From Magnetovibrio sp. (GTDB taxonomy: Bacteria; Pseudomonadota; Alphaproteobacteria; Rhodospirillales; Casp-alpha2): DNA of 64,000 nucleotides. Positions 9,001 to 18,186 of this stretch are shown here, in pieces. The notes below the pieces were generated by a model. That model did not search any database and was not told the origin of the DNA. It saw only the letters and a list, made by a program, of their open reading frames with translations. Location: assembly GCA_002721825.1 (NCBI GenBank), contig PBLS01000043.1:43360-107359 (forward strand), written 5' to 3'. Each line of letters starts with the position of its first letter. Position 1 is the stretch's first letter. Both the position numbers and the translations under genes were made by a program.

Positions 9001-9732
9001 CTAGTATTTGGTTGTTTTGCTGGTGTTTGTGCTGAGGATTGCAATATGCTTTAGGACCGGATGAATAACGAAATAAGGTTTTCTTGCATTTGAGCGTTGG
9101 CTAACTTTGTTTTTAAAGCCACCGTTTTGGGCCCAATGCGTTAGTCCTTCCATCAACAAATCGGCACGAATAGAAGCATCATACAGATTATCAATGTCAA
9201 GCCCCGGCGGGGGTGCAGGGTAAACCTTTTGTGCGACGATATCCCCGGTGTCGATACCCGAAGATAGTAGAATTAACGAGACGCCGCAGTCGGCACGTTC
9301 CAGGAGGCTATAATATACTGTAGTACTTCCCGGGTAATCTGGAAGTAAACCTGCATGGGCATGCAAGAGTGGGATTTTGAGTGACAAGACAGGGGTTTTT
9401 ACAATTTCGCCGCCGACTCCAGAATAAATAATTAAAGAGGGTTTTGCTGCCATTATTATGGTTACTACCTCTGGGTGATTTATGCCCAATTGGGGGACTT
9501 CGTGTATAACATCGGAGATATCAGATAGTGTGTTTCGAAGAGGCTCATGTGGGTCGAAGATGGGCACATTATTGGAGGATGGACCGTCAGCGTTGAGCGA
9601 GACCTCTTGGTCTTCGGCACCGTGGAGTACACTGCACCCAATTTTGATGCCACCATTACGTAAAGCTTGAGCATATGCCTTCGATCGACAGCTCGCATGC
9701 GCAAAAAATAAAACGTTTTTAAGTTTTAAAAT
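9001..9732 (-). CDS. formyltransferase-fold protein; probable non-canonical ATT start
   Basis: LHAHAGLLPDYPG and SSGIDTGDIVAQ resemble the Formyl_trans_N catalytic region. The track ORF starts at GTG 9567, but the frame is open to 9747 and encodes LKNVLFFAHASCRSKAYAQAL, a Rossmann beta1-alpha1. That stretch has no ATG, GTG or TTG. Confidence 0.5.
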   Translation of the reverse strand: MLKLKNVLFFAHASCRSKAYAQALRNGGIKIGCSVLHGAEDQEVSLNADGPSSNNVPIFDPHEPLRNTLSDISDVIHEVPQLGINHPEVVTIIMAAKPSLIIYSGVGGEIVKTPVLSLKIPLLHAHAGLLPDYPGSTTVYYSLLERADCGVSLILLSSGIDTGDIVAQKVYPAPPPGLDIDNLYDASIRADLLMEGLTHWAQNGGFKNKVSQRSNARKPYFVIHPVLKHIAILSTNTSKTTKY

Positions 9733-10319
9733 GTCACGCCTTTCTGATTACAGACTTTATCGACAAAGCGTAACTCGGCTTTAATCAATGCAGCTAACCA
9801 GCGTTGGTCACCTTGTTTTAATTGTGTCCGAAGTGCACAAAGCGTATCCATAACCTTTAAAAGCCCGTTTAGGTAACGTAAACTCTCGGACTGGACGATA
9901 GCGAAAGTTAAGACTTGCCCTAGTAAAAGGTAATTTCGTAAATTTTTATAATCTGTTTTATCTACGGCGCGCCAATCTGCCCCATAAGCGCTGTGTAGAT
10001 GCTTTGTGGTTTCGAATTTTTTAAGAATTTTCTCAAGATAATTTATGTTAGCAGGCGTCCCGTTCATCCCATTTTTGAAATCGTTGCATAACGTATGCAA
10101 AATAGATGTTGTTGTGTAAGGGGGATGCATACTTTCGTATTCTTGCCGCATAATTTTCAGTGTTGGTGTTTTGGGAGAGGGCAACTCGCCCAAAACATTG
10201 TATCGAGCTTGGTGCCACGCCTTTAGGAAGTGTGATCCGCCATATGGCGTATAGAAGTATGTATTGGGCTCTTCTAATATTGGGCCAGAGGCATATGGAT
10301 AACTTTCAACGTTTTTCAT
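9726..10319 (-). CDS. hypothetical protein
   Basis: 197-198 aa ORF in operon context (ATG at 10319 directly after TTG at 10322). I recognise no motif. Confidence 0.6.
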   Translation of the reverse strand: MKNVESYPYASGPILEEPNTYFYTPYGGSHFLKAWHQARYNVLGELPSPKTPTLKIMRQEYESMHPPYTTTSILHTLCNDFKNGMNGTPANINYLEKILKKFETTKHLHSAYGADWRAVDKTDYKNLRNYLLLGQVLTFAIVQSESLRYLNGLLKVMDTLCALRTQLKQGDQRWLAALIKAELRFVDKVCNQKGVTF

Positions 10320-10324
10320 CAAAA

Positions 10325-10840
10325 CTAGTCCCAGCCTACCATCTTAGCCACTGCTGAGACTGAGTCGTCAACAGAAATACCCTTTGAGGTATCTATAAAA
10401 AGATCCGGGTTCGGTGGAGACGGAAAATCGATATCGACGCCAACAACATTTTTTTCGAGCCCTTTTCGCGCAGCCTCATAAAGGCCTTTTGTATCACGGC
10501 GCTCAAGAACGCTCATCGGTGCATGCACGTGCACCTCATGATATTCACTGAACTCGGTCCTATTGGCGAGCAAAATTTTTGGAAAAATGCATAGGATGCA
10601 GCAAATAACATCGATTTTTTGTTTATCCAATAATCTGCATAACTCAACAATATGTTCTGCATTGCGATAGCGACCCCCGACAGTGTAGGCATCTGGCACG
10701 TGATTATGACGGAATACGCGACGAATTTCGTCCCCATCCAACAATACTGTTGCACGCTCAACACTCTTCCTTTTTTTGTACAGGTGTCGTCCGATTGTAG
10801 TCTTGCCAGCACCGGACATGCCTACTAACCATATCATCAT
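10325..10840 (-). CDS. APS-kinase-fold P-loop kinase; candidate cytidine-diphosphoramidate 3'-kinase (Cj1415-like)
   Basis: P-loop GMSGAGKTT and an RRDTKGLYEAARKG ... GVD segment typical of the CysC fold. It is 171 aa long. Its genomic context is the Cj1416, Cj1417 and Cj1418-type trio. Confidence 0.65.
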   Translation of the reverse strand: MMIWLVGMSGAGKTTIGRHLYKKRKSVERATVLLDGDEIRRVFRHNHVPDAYTVGGRYRNAEHIVELCRLLDKQKIDVICCILCIFPKILLANRTEFSEYHEVHVHAPMSVLERRDTKGLYEAARKGLEKNVVGVDIDFPSPPNPDLFIDTSKGISVDDSVSAVAKMVGWD

Positions 10841-10881
10841 AATATGATACCCACTTAATATGACGTTATGCTATGATTCGT

Positions 10882-12630
10882 CTATTGCCTGCTACGTAAA
10901 GCGGTTTGCCCAGCTTCACCAAAAGCCGCAATTATACGATCATCCGAGATTTCTGGAATTTCAGCCAATCTATTAGCTATGATTGGGAGAAAATTTTCAA
11001 CAACAGGATGAACTGGTTCGTAAATATTCTTCTGTTCAAATGGATCAGACACGATATTAAATAACTCAGGTCCAGCGGGGCTACAATGGTCGGTTGGGTC
11101 GAGAGTTTCTTTCCAAAGAAAGTTGAATTCTTTATTCCTGACCGCAGCATATATGGGCCGTTCAGTTAAAATACAGGACCCCCCATGGACCGTTTCAAGA
11201 ATGACTTCTGAGCGGTTTTTGACTGGCATGCTCGTTATTGGGGCTCCTTCCCATTTTGGATGTGATTCTATACCGGCCAATTGGGCCAAGGTTGGGCCTA
11301 GGTCGAGTAGGGTAACGAGGCTATCAATGGTACCGCCTTTGAGGCTGGGGTGATTAATAAGTAATGGAACACGTACATTGTGACTATAACAGCGAAAGTG
11401 ATGGCTAATATCGCCGTGTTCACCGAGCTCTTCCCCGTGATCTCCAAATACAACTACGATGGTATTTTCTCTCTTTCCAGATTTTTGAAGCGAGTCAATT
11501 ATGCGGCCCACCTGTTCGTCGACATAGCGAATGGAAGCATCGTACAAGGCCGACCAGTTTCGGAGTTCAGCGTCGGTTTCTGGACGTTTTTTTACTGCGA
11601 TTGAAATATCAATGTCACTAGGGTAACCCAAAGCTTCTAGATAGTGTTTAGTTTTCGAATACCAGGTTTTGCCGTAACCAGCACAATAGGGAACATGTGT
11701 ATCGAAAAAGTGTGCCCACATAATCCAAGGGCGTGAGCCGTCATACGCATGCATACGATGGCAGATACGGTCTGCCAGGTCTTTCCCATCAACATACCTT
11801 TTAAAACGCATATTACGGAGGCTCGCCCACTTTGGTGCTAGTTGCCTAAGTACCAGGTTGGATATCTGAAACACAAATTCATCAATCAGCTTTTTAGGGT
11901 GCCGCGCTAAGCGCCATTCGGCTCCGAGGTATTCATGTGGTTGAAATGGACGTTTAAAGTGGCGTTGTGTATAGGAGACTTGATCGCGTTCGAAGGCATT
12001 TCGGTGATTTGAGACAATAGCTTTGATTTTTTCAAAATTGTAACCATCATTAACAAATCTCGAATTTGGAAAATCACGTTTGTCCTCATGGTAGAACTTG
12101 ATACGTTGATTGCAGTAATTGTCGATCCAATCTAGAAGCCCACGAACAAAAGGAGCAACTTGAGCAGCCAGTTCAGAGCTTGAAAGTTTGCCGTTCTGAT
12201 ATGACTGGAGTTGTGATCGGAGGACAGGCTCTGCCGTTCCAACAAGGGAATTGAGCACAAACATGTACTCTAAATAATCTACCCCACTCTTGTAGCCAAA
12301 TAGTTCGCTAGCCCATTGAAAGGTCGATAGAACGTGAGATGTATAGTTGTGGCTGGAAAAATGGTGAAATATTGTCGGGGGCCGATTTACTACTCCCATA
12401 TCGTATCCACCATAAGATAACGGCCGGGTTGACGTCATCAATGAGTGCAGAGATGCTTGGGTAAATGCTGCTGTGCTTACCGCATTGGTACAGATAAGAG
12501 AGTTTTTCCGAAGCTTATCTAATGTTGGCGTTGTTGGCCTTTCGTATCCCAAGAAACTTGCTCGGTCAGCGCGAAAAGCGTCTACCGATAGCAAAAGAAT
12601 ATTGGGACGCTGAGAGTTTACGTTATCCAC
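10882..12630 (-). CDS. alkaline-phosphatase-superfamily (sulfatase-like) protein lacking the formylglycine motif
   Basis: NILLLSVDAFRAD and FGDHGEELGEHG are sulfatase-family metal-site motifs. Where C/S-x-P-x-R is expected, the sequence reads AAFTQASLHS (Thr57 at 12460-12462). Confidence 0.7.
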   Translation of the reverse strand: MDNVNSQRPNILLLSVDAFRADRASFLGYERPTTPTLDKLRKNSLICTNAVSTAAFTQASLHSLMTSTRPLSYGGYDMGVVNRPPTIFHHFSSHNYTSHVLSTFQWASELFGYKSGVDYLEYMFVLNSLVGTAEPVLRSQLQSYQNGKLSSSELAAQVAPFVRGLLDWIDNYCNQRIKFYHEDKRDFPNSRFVNDGYNFEKIKAIVSNHRNAFERDQVSYTQRHFKRPFQPHEYLGAEWRLARHPKKLIDEFVFQISNLVLRQLAPKWASLRNMRFKRYVDGKDLADRICHRMHAYDGSRPWIMWAHFFDTHVPYCAGYGKTWYSKTKHYLEALGYPSDIDISIAVKKRPETDAELRNWSALYDASIRYVDEQVGRIIDSLQKSGKRENTIVVVFGDHGEELGEHGDISHHFRCYSHNVRVPLLINHPSLKGGTIDSLVTLLDLGPTLAQLAGIESHPKWEGAPITSMPVKNRSEVILETVHGGSCILTERPIYAAVRNKEFNFLWKETLDPTDHCSPAGPELFNIVSDPFEQKNIYEPVHPVVENFLPIIANRLAEIPEISDDRIIAAFGEAGQTALRSRQ

Positions 12631-13414
12631 GAGCGCGAGAAGTGATCGAATTTAAATTGATGAAGGCCGATAGCGTTTGTGATTTTATCATGTCTTTGTA
12701 GAGTTGATAATCACCAAAAGTGTCTATTTCAAGCCATCCTCCATGGATCGGTACTGCAGTAACAGGAGTATCGTTTAGAATAATACGCATTAAGATTTCC
12801 GTCATGTAGAGGTTGTCGGCTGCAGCCAGCGAATTGGCCACCTGTCGTTCTGTTTTCCGAGCGCTAGAAAGAGCATCTATTCCATTACCGCGAAATCGCA
12901 TTAAACCTATATACTGCCCTTCAATTTCATTAAGGTTAGCAGGTTTGCGTCCAATTTCTTTTATATGGCCCTGACCATCGAGTTTAAGCGTTTCCGCATC
13001 TTTTATTGGTTCTTCGAATCTAGCGTCCCAAAGTTGACGCCAATTCTTGTCGATTACTACAGAGATGTCGTTTTTATGTCTGAGAAGAGATTGTACGACG
13101 GAAGGTTCGTAGACTATGTCGCTATAGCTTACAATGAAATCGTTGCCAAATTCATTGGCGACTAAAAACAAAGATTCGACCATATTCGTTTCAGCCCAGC
13201 GCTTATTTAAACGTATATCAATCCCTGGTATATCGATTTGTTCGGACTTGTAACCTGTTATAACCGTTATATCATTCAACCCGGATGCGCGGAGAGCTGT
13301 AATCTGCATGTAAAGGAGCGATATACCGCTGAGTTGGGTCAGGCATTTAGGAGCGCTGGAAGTTAAGGGGTTGAGGCGACGACCCCGCCCGGCTGCAAGG
13401 ATGAACACTTTCAT
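12623..13414 (-). CDS. nucleotidyltransferase; candidate CTP:phosphoglutamine cytidylyltransferase (Cj1416-like)
   Basis: ILAAGRGRRLNPLT signature of the NTP-transferase fold. It is 263 aa long. ATGA overlap with the upstream gene. Confidence 0.65.
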   Translation of the reverse strand: MKVFILAAGRGRRLNPLTSSAPKCLTQLSGISLLYMQITALRASGLNDITVITGYKSEQIDIPGIDIRLNKRWAETNMVESLFLVANEFGNDFIVSYSDIVYEPSVVQSLLRHKNDISVVIDKNWRQLWDARFEEPIKDAETLKLDGQGHIKEIGRKPANLNEIEGQYIGLMRFRGNGIDALSSARKTERQVANSLAAADNLYMTEILMRIILNDTPVTAVPIHGGWLEIDTFGDYQLYKDMIKSQTLSAFINLNSITSRARG

Positions 13415-14037
13415 GCCCAGAAAGCCCCGTGCGAAACTAGCTTACCAAATAATAGTCTGTCTTCAACTGGTGCGGGCGATCGCTCCGGGTGCCACATGAT
13501 GCAGGTTATAGGGTTTTCCCTATCAACCATTGCCTCAATGTAGCCTTTTTCGTCTGTTGCAATTGCTGTAAATTTATTCGGCAATTGATTAGCCCGAAGC
13601 CCCAAGGCATGAAAAGAGTTTACATGTGTAGCTTTGGGGTAAACTAGCCTACCGGGTCCATGGAAAAGTATCTTGTGAGTTGTCGCAATGTGGCCGGATA
13701 AATTCTCAAGTTTTGCACCAGCAAGCTGCGCACACATTTGCATGCCGCGGCAAATAGCCAGGACCGGCAATTTGGTAATGATTGCATGGGCTAATAACCG
13801 TTCTTCTTGATTGTCGCGTACTGGGCATTGGCCGTAGTCGTCACCTCCCGTCAATATCAATATATTGCATTTTTGCGCATCTAAGAAAGCTTCTGGGTCA
13901 TTAAGGACGTTTGGGATAATGATAGGCCAGGCCTCCCAGTGATTTAAAAGACGAATCCAATCGTGACTAATTGAGTCTCTAAGTTCGATGTAATCACTGG
14001 TTTCGGTAATACGTGGACTGATGGCTACTTTAATCAT
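13411..14037 (-). CDS. class I glutamine amidotransferase / peptidase C26; candidate gamma-glutamyl-CDP-amidate hydrolase (Cj1417-like)
   Basis: Nucleophile elbow LAICRGMQ and the His-Glu pair MWHPE. ATGA overlaps on both sides. Confidence 0.65.
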   Translation of the reverse strand: MIKVAISPRITETSDYIELRDSISHDWIRLLNHWEAWPIIIPNVLNDPEAFLDAQKCNILILTGGDDYGQCPVRDNQEERLLAHAIITKLPVLAICRGMQMCAQLAGAKLENLSGHIATTHKILFHGPGRLVYPKATHVNSFHALGLRANQLPNKFTAIATDEKGYIEAMVDRENPITCIMWHPERSPAPVEDRLLFGKLVSHGAFWA

Positions 14038-16424
14038 ATGCTGTAGTCGTGGGTTAAAATTCTACGAGAACTGCAATTCAATTCGACGGCTTCTGCTTTT
14101 GACAGCGAGCTAAAAAGCCGTTCGCCACAACCAATAGCTGCGGGCAAACTAAACTCTGCACATCGAATGGCCATGTGTGAGTTTGCGCCGCCGTACTTTG
14201 TAATCAAACCGGCTATTTTTCGAGAAAATATCCAGTCAAAACCTGGATCGGCACTTTCGATCATCACGATGCGCCCGTCGATATCGAGATCTTCTAGCCC
14301 TCCAATAAGGACTGTAGAAGCGGTGAGTGACTTATTTGTTATAAACGTTGGTTGCCCGATAGGAACCCGAATAACCAATATATCGTTTGGCTCCGTAATT
14401 AAATGTGGAAGCCGAACTGCGCGATGTATTTCATATTTTTTTTTGGCTTCCAATATTTCCCCTTTAGCTTCGGTTGGGTCCATACCATCCATGATGTAGT
14501 CGATAGGTAGGTAGGATAGATCCTCACGAGTAAGTCCTAAACGCTCTCCGTAACCAGTTAAGGCCCTTAGCAAATCACTAAGGCTGCGTGTAAACGCAAA
14601 CTTAGCGGCTTCGCGCGCCTTTATTGAGCTAGCGATATAATGGAGTAATTCCCGCGGTCCAAATTTAAATTGGGCTTCAGCTATTGCTACTTCCAGTGCC
14701 TTTAGTGTTTGACTATCAGGCTCATAATTAGTGCGTGTAATTTCTTGTTTAATTCTATCCCGGCCTAGAAATAGTGATGGGTTTTCATCATAGCGTGGAG
14801 AGTTAATGTCATACGAACCTGGTCGTAAATGGCCATATTTTTCTAAGAATACATTCATAGATTGCCGTTGATGGGTCAAGTGATTCATACTAACTGCCAC
14901 ATCCGTGGCAATTGTGCGAATGCCGCGCATGAAACAGTCTGATGTATTTACCGAAATCACTCCACGTTTTACCAGGGAACGAAGTAGTTGAACGCCTATG
15001 AATCCATGACGTGCTAACATTGCGAATGGCAAGGTTCCATTATTGCGGCAGTTTTCGATAGTTTGCCGCATTTCTGATAGTTTTGTTGGTGGTTCGGCAC
15101 TCAAAAGGGCATTGGCTTTATTAAGAAGTCCGTCAATTGGAGCGATCTTGCCAATAACGAGCTTTTCAGTGAGTTGGTGGAGATGGCTCTCCATTGCATC
15201 TATTTCATTTTCCGCTAAAGAGAAACGCGACAATAAATTCTGAGCGGATGGCCAATCAAAATCGCGGCATGTCACGGCTATAGTGAACTCAAGTTTATCG
15301 TGGTGATCACGGTTATCTGCGAGAAACAACAATTGATTGGATACCAGGCGGTCACTGATATTTGCATCAAAATTATTTGGTAAAAATGAATTTAAGCTAA
15401 GACGAACATCTATGTACGGTCGTCCACACCATTCAGCCATGAGCGGTTGGTCGACTAATCGATATCCCATCTGTTGCCGGGCAACAGCCCAAACGCTATC
15501 TGTAATCAACGTTTTGTACAATGATGTAGCGAGAGGTCGTGGAGCGGATCCAATCATCTCCGCGGGATTCCAGTCGGTCATTTCTCCATACACGGTTGTT
15601 TTTCCGGCCAACCCATCGGCTTTGCGCATGGATTTTTCTATTCTCGCGTATCCTTTACTTATAACGTTTGCGATGTCTTTTTCGGAGACAAGACCCCAGC
15701 GCCCGTGAGCGGCAATAGGCCGGACTTGAAATATATAAATTTGGTCGTTTTCCGTAATGCAGAATTCTAGATCTAAGGTGGAGATGCCGACTATATCTTC
15801 AATATTTCGGACACTTTCGAGTAGACTCTGAAACCGTTCTGAATGCAGAACTGCAGTATGTTCTCGGTGAATATAGATCGACTTACTTTCAGCACCACCT
15901 GTGACTGTGTCAGTTCGGCCCGTCATATCATCGTAGTTTACAACGTAATAAGGGCTGCCATTATTTAGGTCTCTGGTCATTACAACACCGGCTATAACGA
16001 CGTCTTCAACCATTGGTTGGATCAAAACTTGATCATTATCATGGCGTTGCTTATAGCTCTCAAAAACATTCTCAATAGCTAAAGCAAGAGGTTCGTGTTC
16101 TGGTAGAACGTTTATAAGACTTAGGTTTGCGCCCGCTTGCGATTCTATAATGCTATCTTCACCTACGGCACTCGAACGAACAGCCAAGTTTTTCCCCTCA
16201 AATTTTTTTATGATAGCGTCAAGAAGTGACTGCTTATCCGCCAACCATTCAGCAGCTTGAACGACAAATTGTTCACATAGTTTTGCACCTCGTATACGTC
16301 CTTTCAGAGCTTCGAGGTTGTTTGCTTTTGTAGAAAACTTGAACACTTCTCTATTATTTAATTTTCGGTGAGAATTGATAGGTTTATCTAATTTGTGTGT
16401 TCCGATGTTCATTACACGATTCAC
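14034..16424 (-). CDS. PEP-utilising / PPDK-type three-domain enzyme; candidate L-glutamine kinase (Cj1418-like)
   Basis: N-terminal ATP-grasp signature LAVRSSAVGEDS. C-terminal swivelling phosphohistidine motif GGANSHMAIRCAEFSLPAAIG, with the His codon at 14175-14177. It is 796 aa long. GTGA overlap with the ABC gene (alternative ATG at 16412). Confidence 0.65.
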   Translation of the reverse strand: MNRVMNIGTHKLDKPINSHRKLNNREVFKFSTKANNLEALKGRIRGAKLCEQFVVQAAEWLADKQSLLDAIIKKFEGKNLAVRSSAVGEDSIIESQAGANLSLINVLPEHEPLALAIENVFESYKQRHDNDQVLIQPMVEDVVIAGVVMTRDLNNGSPYYVVNYDDMTGRTDTVTGGAESKSIYIHREHTAVLHSERFQSLLESVRNIEDIVGISTLDLEFCITENDQIYIFQVRPIAAHGRWGLVSEKDIANVISKGYARIEKSMRKADGLAGKTTVYGEMTDWNPAEMIGSAPRPLATSLYKTLITDSVWAVARQQMGYRLVDQPLMAEWCGRPYIDVRLSLNSFLPNNFDANISDRLVSNQLLFLADNRDHHDKLEFTIAVTCRDFDWPSAQNLLSRFSLAENEIDAMESHLHQLTEKLVIGKIAPIDGLLNKANALLSAEPPTKLSEMRQTIENCRNNGTLPFAMLARHGFIGVQLLRSLVKRGVISVNTSDCFMRGIRTIATDVAVSMNHLTHQRQSMNVFLEKYGHLRPGSYDINSPRYDENPSLFLGRDRIKQEITRTNYEPDSQTLKALEVAIAEAQFKFGPRELLHYIASSIKAREAAKFAFTRSLSDLLRALTGYGERLGLTREDLSYLPIDYIMDGMDPTEAKGEILEAKKKYEIHRAVRLPHLITEPNDILVIRVPIGQPTFITNKSLTASTVLIGGLEDLDIDGRIVMIESADPGFDWIFSRKIAGLITKYGGANSHMAIRCAEFSLPAAIGCGERLFSSLSKAEAVELNCSSRRILTHDYSI

Positions 16425-18178
16425 GAGATAGGCATAGATTCGAGGGATTTAAAATGGCCACCGGATTTTATTAATTCCGCGTAAGTTCCATGTTCCACAA
16501 TGTGGCCATTCTTAAAAACGTAAATCTTATCCGCTCGGCGCAGGGTAGAAGGACGATGTGAAATAATGATGATAGTCATTCTATGCGCGATGCTTTCAAT
16601 CGCGCTCTGAATAAGGTGTGCTGACTCTGCGTCAAGGGCACTTGTTGCCTCATCTAGGAATAGGACATCTGGTTGGCGCACTAAAGCGCGGGCAAGCGAT
16701 AGACGTTGTTTCTGTCCCCCCGATAGTCGCACGCCGCCTTCGCCCAGGTTTGTCTCCATACCCTCAGGCAACTCCTCAACGACTTCGGAGAAGTGAGCCA
16801 ATTGCATACTTTCGTTTATTAACATCTGATCAACAGTGCTGTTGGCAAATAAAATATTGTTGCGAACAGAGTCGTTGAATATAACAATATCTTGTGAAAC
16901 GTAACCAATTCGTTGTCGCCAAGTTGCTAAATTAATATCGGTTATCGAGATCCCGTCTATTGATAAACGACCAGAGTTTGGCTTGTGTAGGCCAATTAAA
17001 AGATCAACTAGCGTAGATTTTCCGGATCCTGAGCGGCCGACAATTGCAACAATTTGGTTTTTGCGGATTGAGAAAGAAATGTCTTTCAACACTGGCTTTG
17101 TCGAGGTCGGATACGAAAAAGTAACGTCTTCAAACTCTATTTTTTGCTCGAACTGCCTAAGTGATACCCCGGTGGGGTTCATGTCTTCACGGGCGCCTCT
17201 ACTTTCATTGAGGAGCTGGTCTACCGAAGATAAGCCCGCCGTATAGGCTGTATAGCCTTGGGAAAATTGCTGAAATTGAGCAATTCGAGGCGCTATTCTT
17301 GCCATGAAAATAAGAAACACTAAAGTCGATGATACTGGGATAGTATAAATCTCTGTTGCCACACCCAGAACTACGGCGAGCAAAATCACTGGGAGTGACT
17401 GGACTATGTAATAGACACGCATGTGATTTACTTCCGTATTAACAGTAGCTTCATAGACACCTGAAACGTGTTTATCTATCCGCTTTGTTGCTAGGCTTTC
17501 AACTGCGTTCGATTTTATCAACTTAGCGCCTTTTAAGAGCTCAATGGCATGAAAAAGTAGTTTTGTATTTTGTTCTGTACTGAACTCGCCAAGCCATTTT
17601 GCACGTTTATGGAGTGGTCGAACCACAATTGCTACAAGAACTGCAAAGGCAATTGATATGATCAGTAAATTGGGAGAAAGAAAAAATGATATTCCAATAA
17701 AGAGCAGAACTTGTGCTAGGACGCCGGCCGATAAGATTTCGAACCTTAAGGCATGGCTGGCGCGGTGTGTTTCACTAATTAGCCGGTTAAAAATGTCTCC
17801 GTGTGATTGCTCTGTGAGATATAACCACTGAGATCGAAACAGATTCTCTACCATGGTCTCTCGCACTTTTCGAGCATATCCCTGCTGTGCTTTAATTAAA
17901 AGTACATTATGTGTGTAACTAAGTGCTTGCGAGGAAAGTATGATGATAGGGATGCAAATCAACAACCATACAACGGTAACAGGTATGTGAAGAAAATGAA
18001 AAACTGCCATAATGAGCTCAAAAAATTTATCGCCAGCTTCGCTTTTCTCATCTGACATAAGACGCAGTAATGGAATGAATAGCGTAAGGCCGATACCCTC
18101 AGCAGCGCCCGCGAAAACACTCATTGCGAGCGTGGCACGTGTACCAGGTAGTCGACCAAGTGTTGAGAAAAGCCGCAT
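16421..18178 (-). CDS. ABC exporter, fused permease/ATPase (MsbA-type half transporter)
   Basis: Hydrophobic N-terminal half. Walker A GRSGSGKST, signature LSGGQKQRLSLARAL, Walker B VLFLDEATSALD. Confidence 0.9.
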   Translation of the reverse strand: MRLFSTLGRLPGTRATLAMSVFAGAAEGIGLTLFIPLLRLMSDEKSEAGDKFFELIMAVFHFLHIPVTVVWLLICIPIIILSSQALSYTHNVLLIKAQQGYARKVRETMVENLFRSQWLYLTEQSHGDIFNRLISETHRASHALRFEILSAGVLAQVLLFIGISFFLSPNLLIISIAFAVLVAIVVRPLHKRAKWLGEFSTEQNTKLLFHAIELLKGAKLIKSNAVESLATKRIDKHVSGVYEATVNTEVNHMRVYYIVQSLPVILLAVVLGVATEIYTIPVSSTLVFLIFMARIAPRIAQFQQFSQGYTAYTAGLSSVDQLLNESRGAREDMNPTGVSLRQFEQKIEFEDVTFSYPTSTKPVLKDISFSIRKNQIVAIVGRSGSGKSTLVDLLIGLHKPNSGRLSIDGISITDINLATWRQRIGYVSQDIVIFNDSVRNNILFANSTVDQMLINESMQLAHFSEVVEELPEGMETNLGEGGVRLSGGQKQRLSLARALVRQPDVLFLDEATSALDAESAHLIQSAIESIAHRMTIIIISHRPSTLRRADKIYVFKNGHIVEHGTYAELIKSGGHFKSLESMPIS

Positions 18179-18186
18179 ACTTTAAC

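Noticed and set aside
10325-12630. Reading the APS-kinase-like gene plus the sulfatase-like gene as a glycan sulfation (PAPS) module.
   Set aside because: No ATP sulfurylase or sulfotransferase is visible in the window. The sulfatase-like protein lacks the C/S-x-P-x-R motif. The kinase is flanked by the PEP-utilising, GATase and nucleotidyltransferase trio, which fits the Cj1415-1418 pathway much better. Sulfation is not strictly excluded without a homology search.
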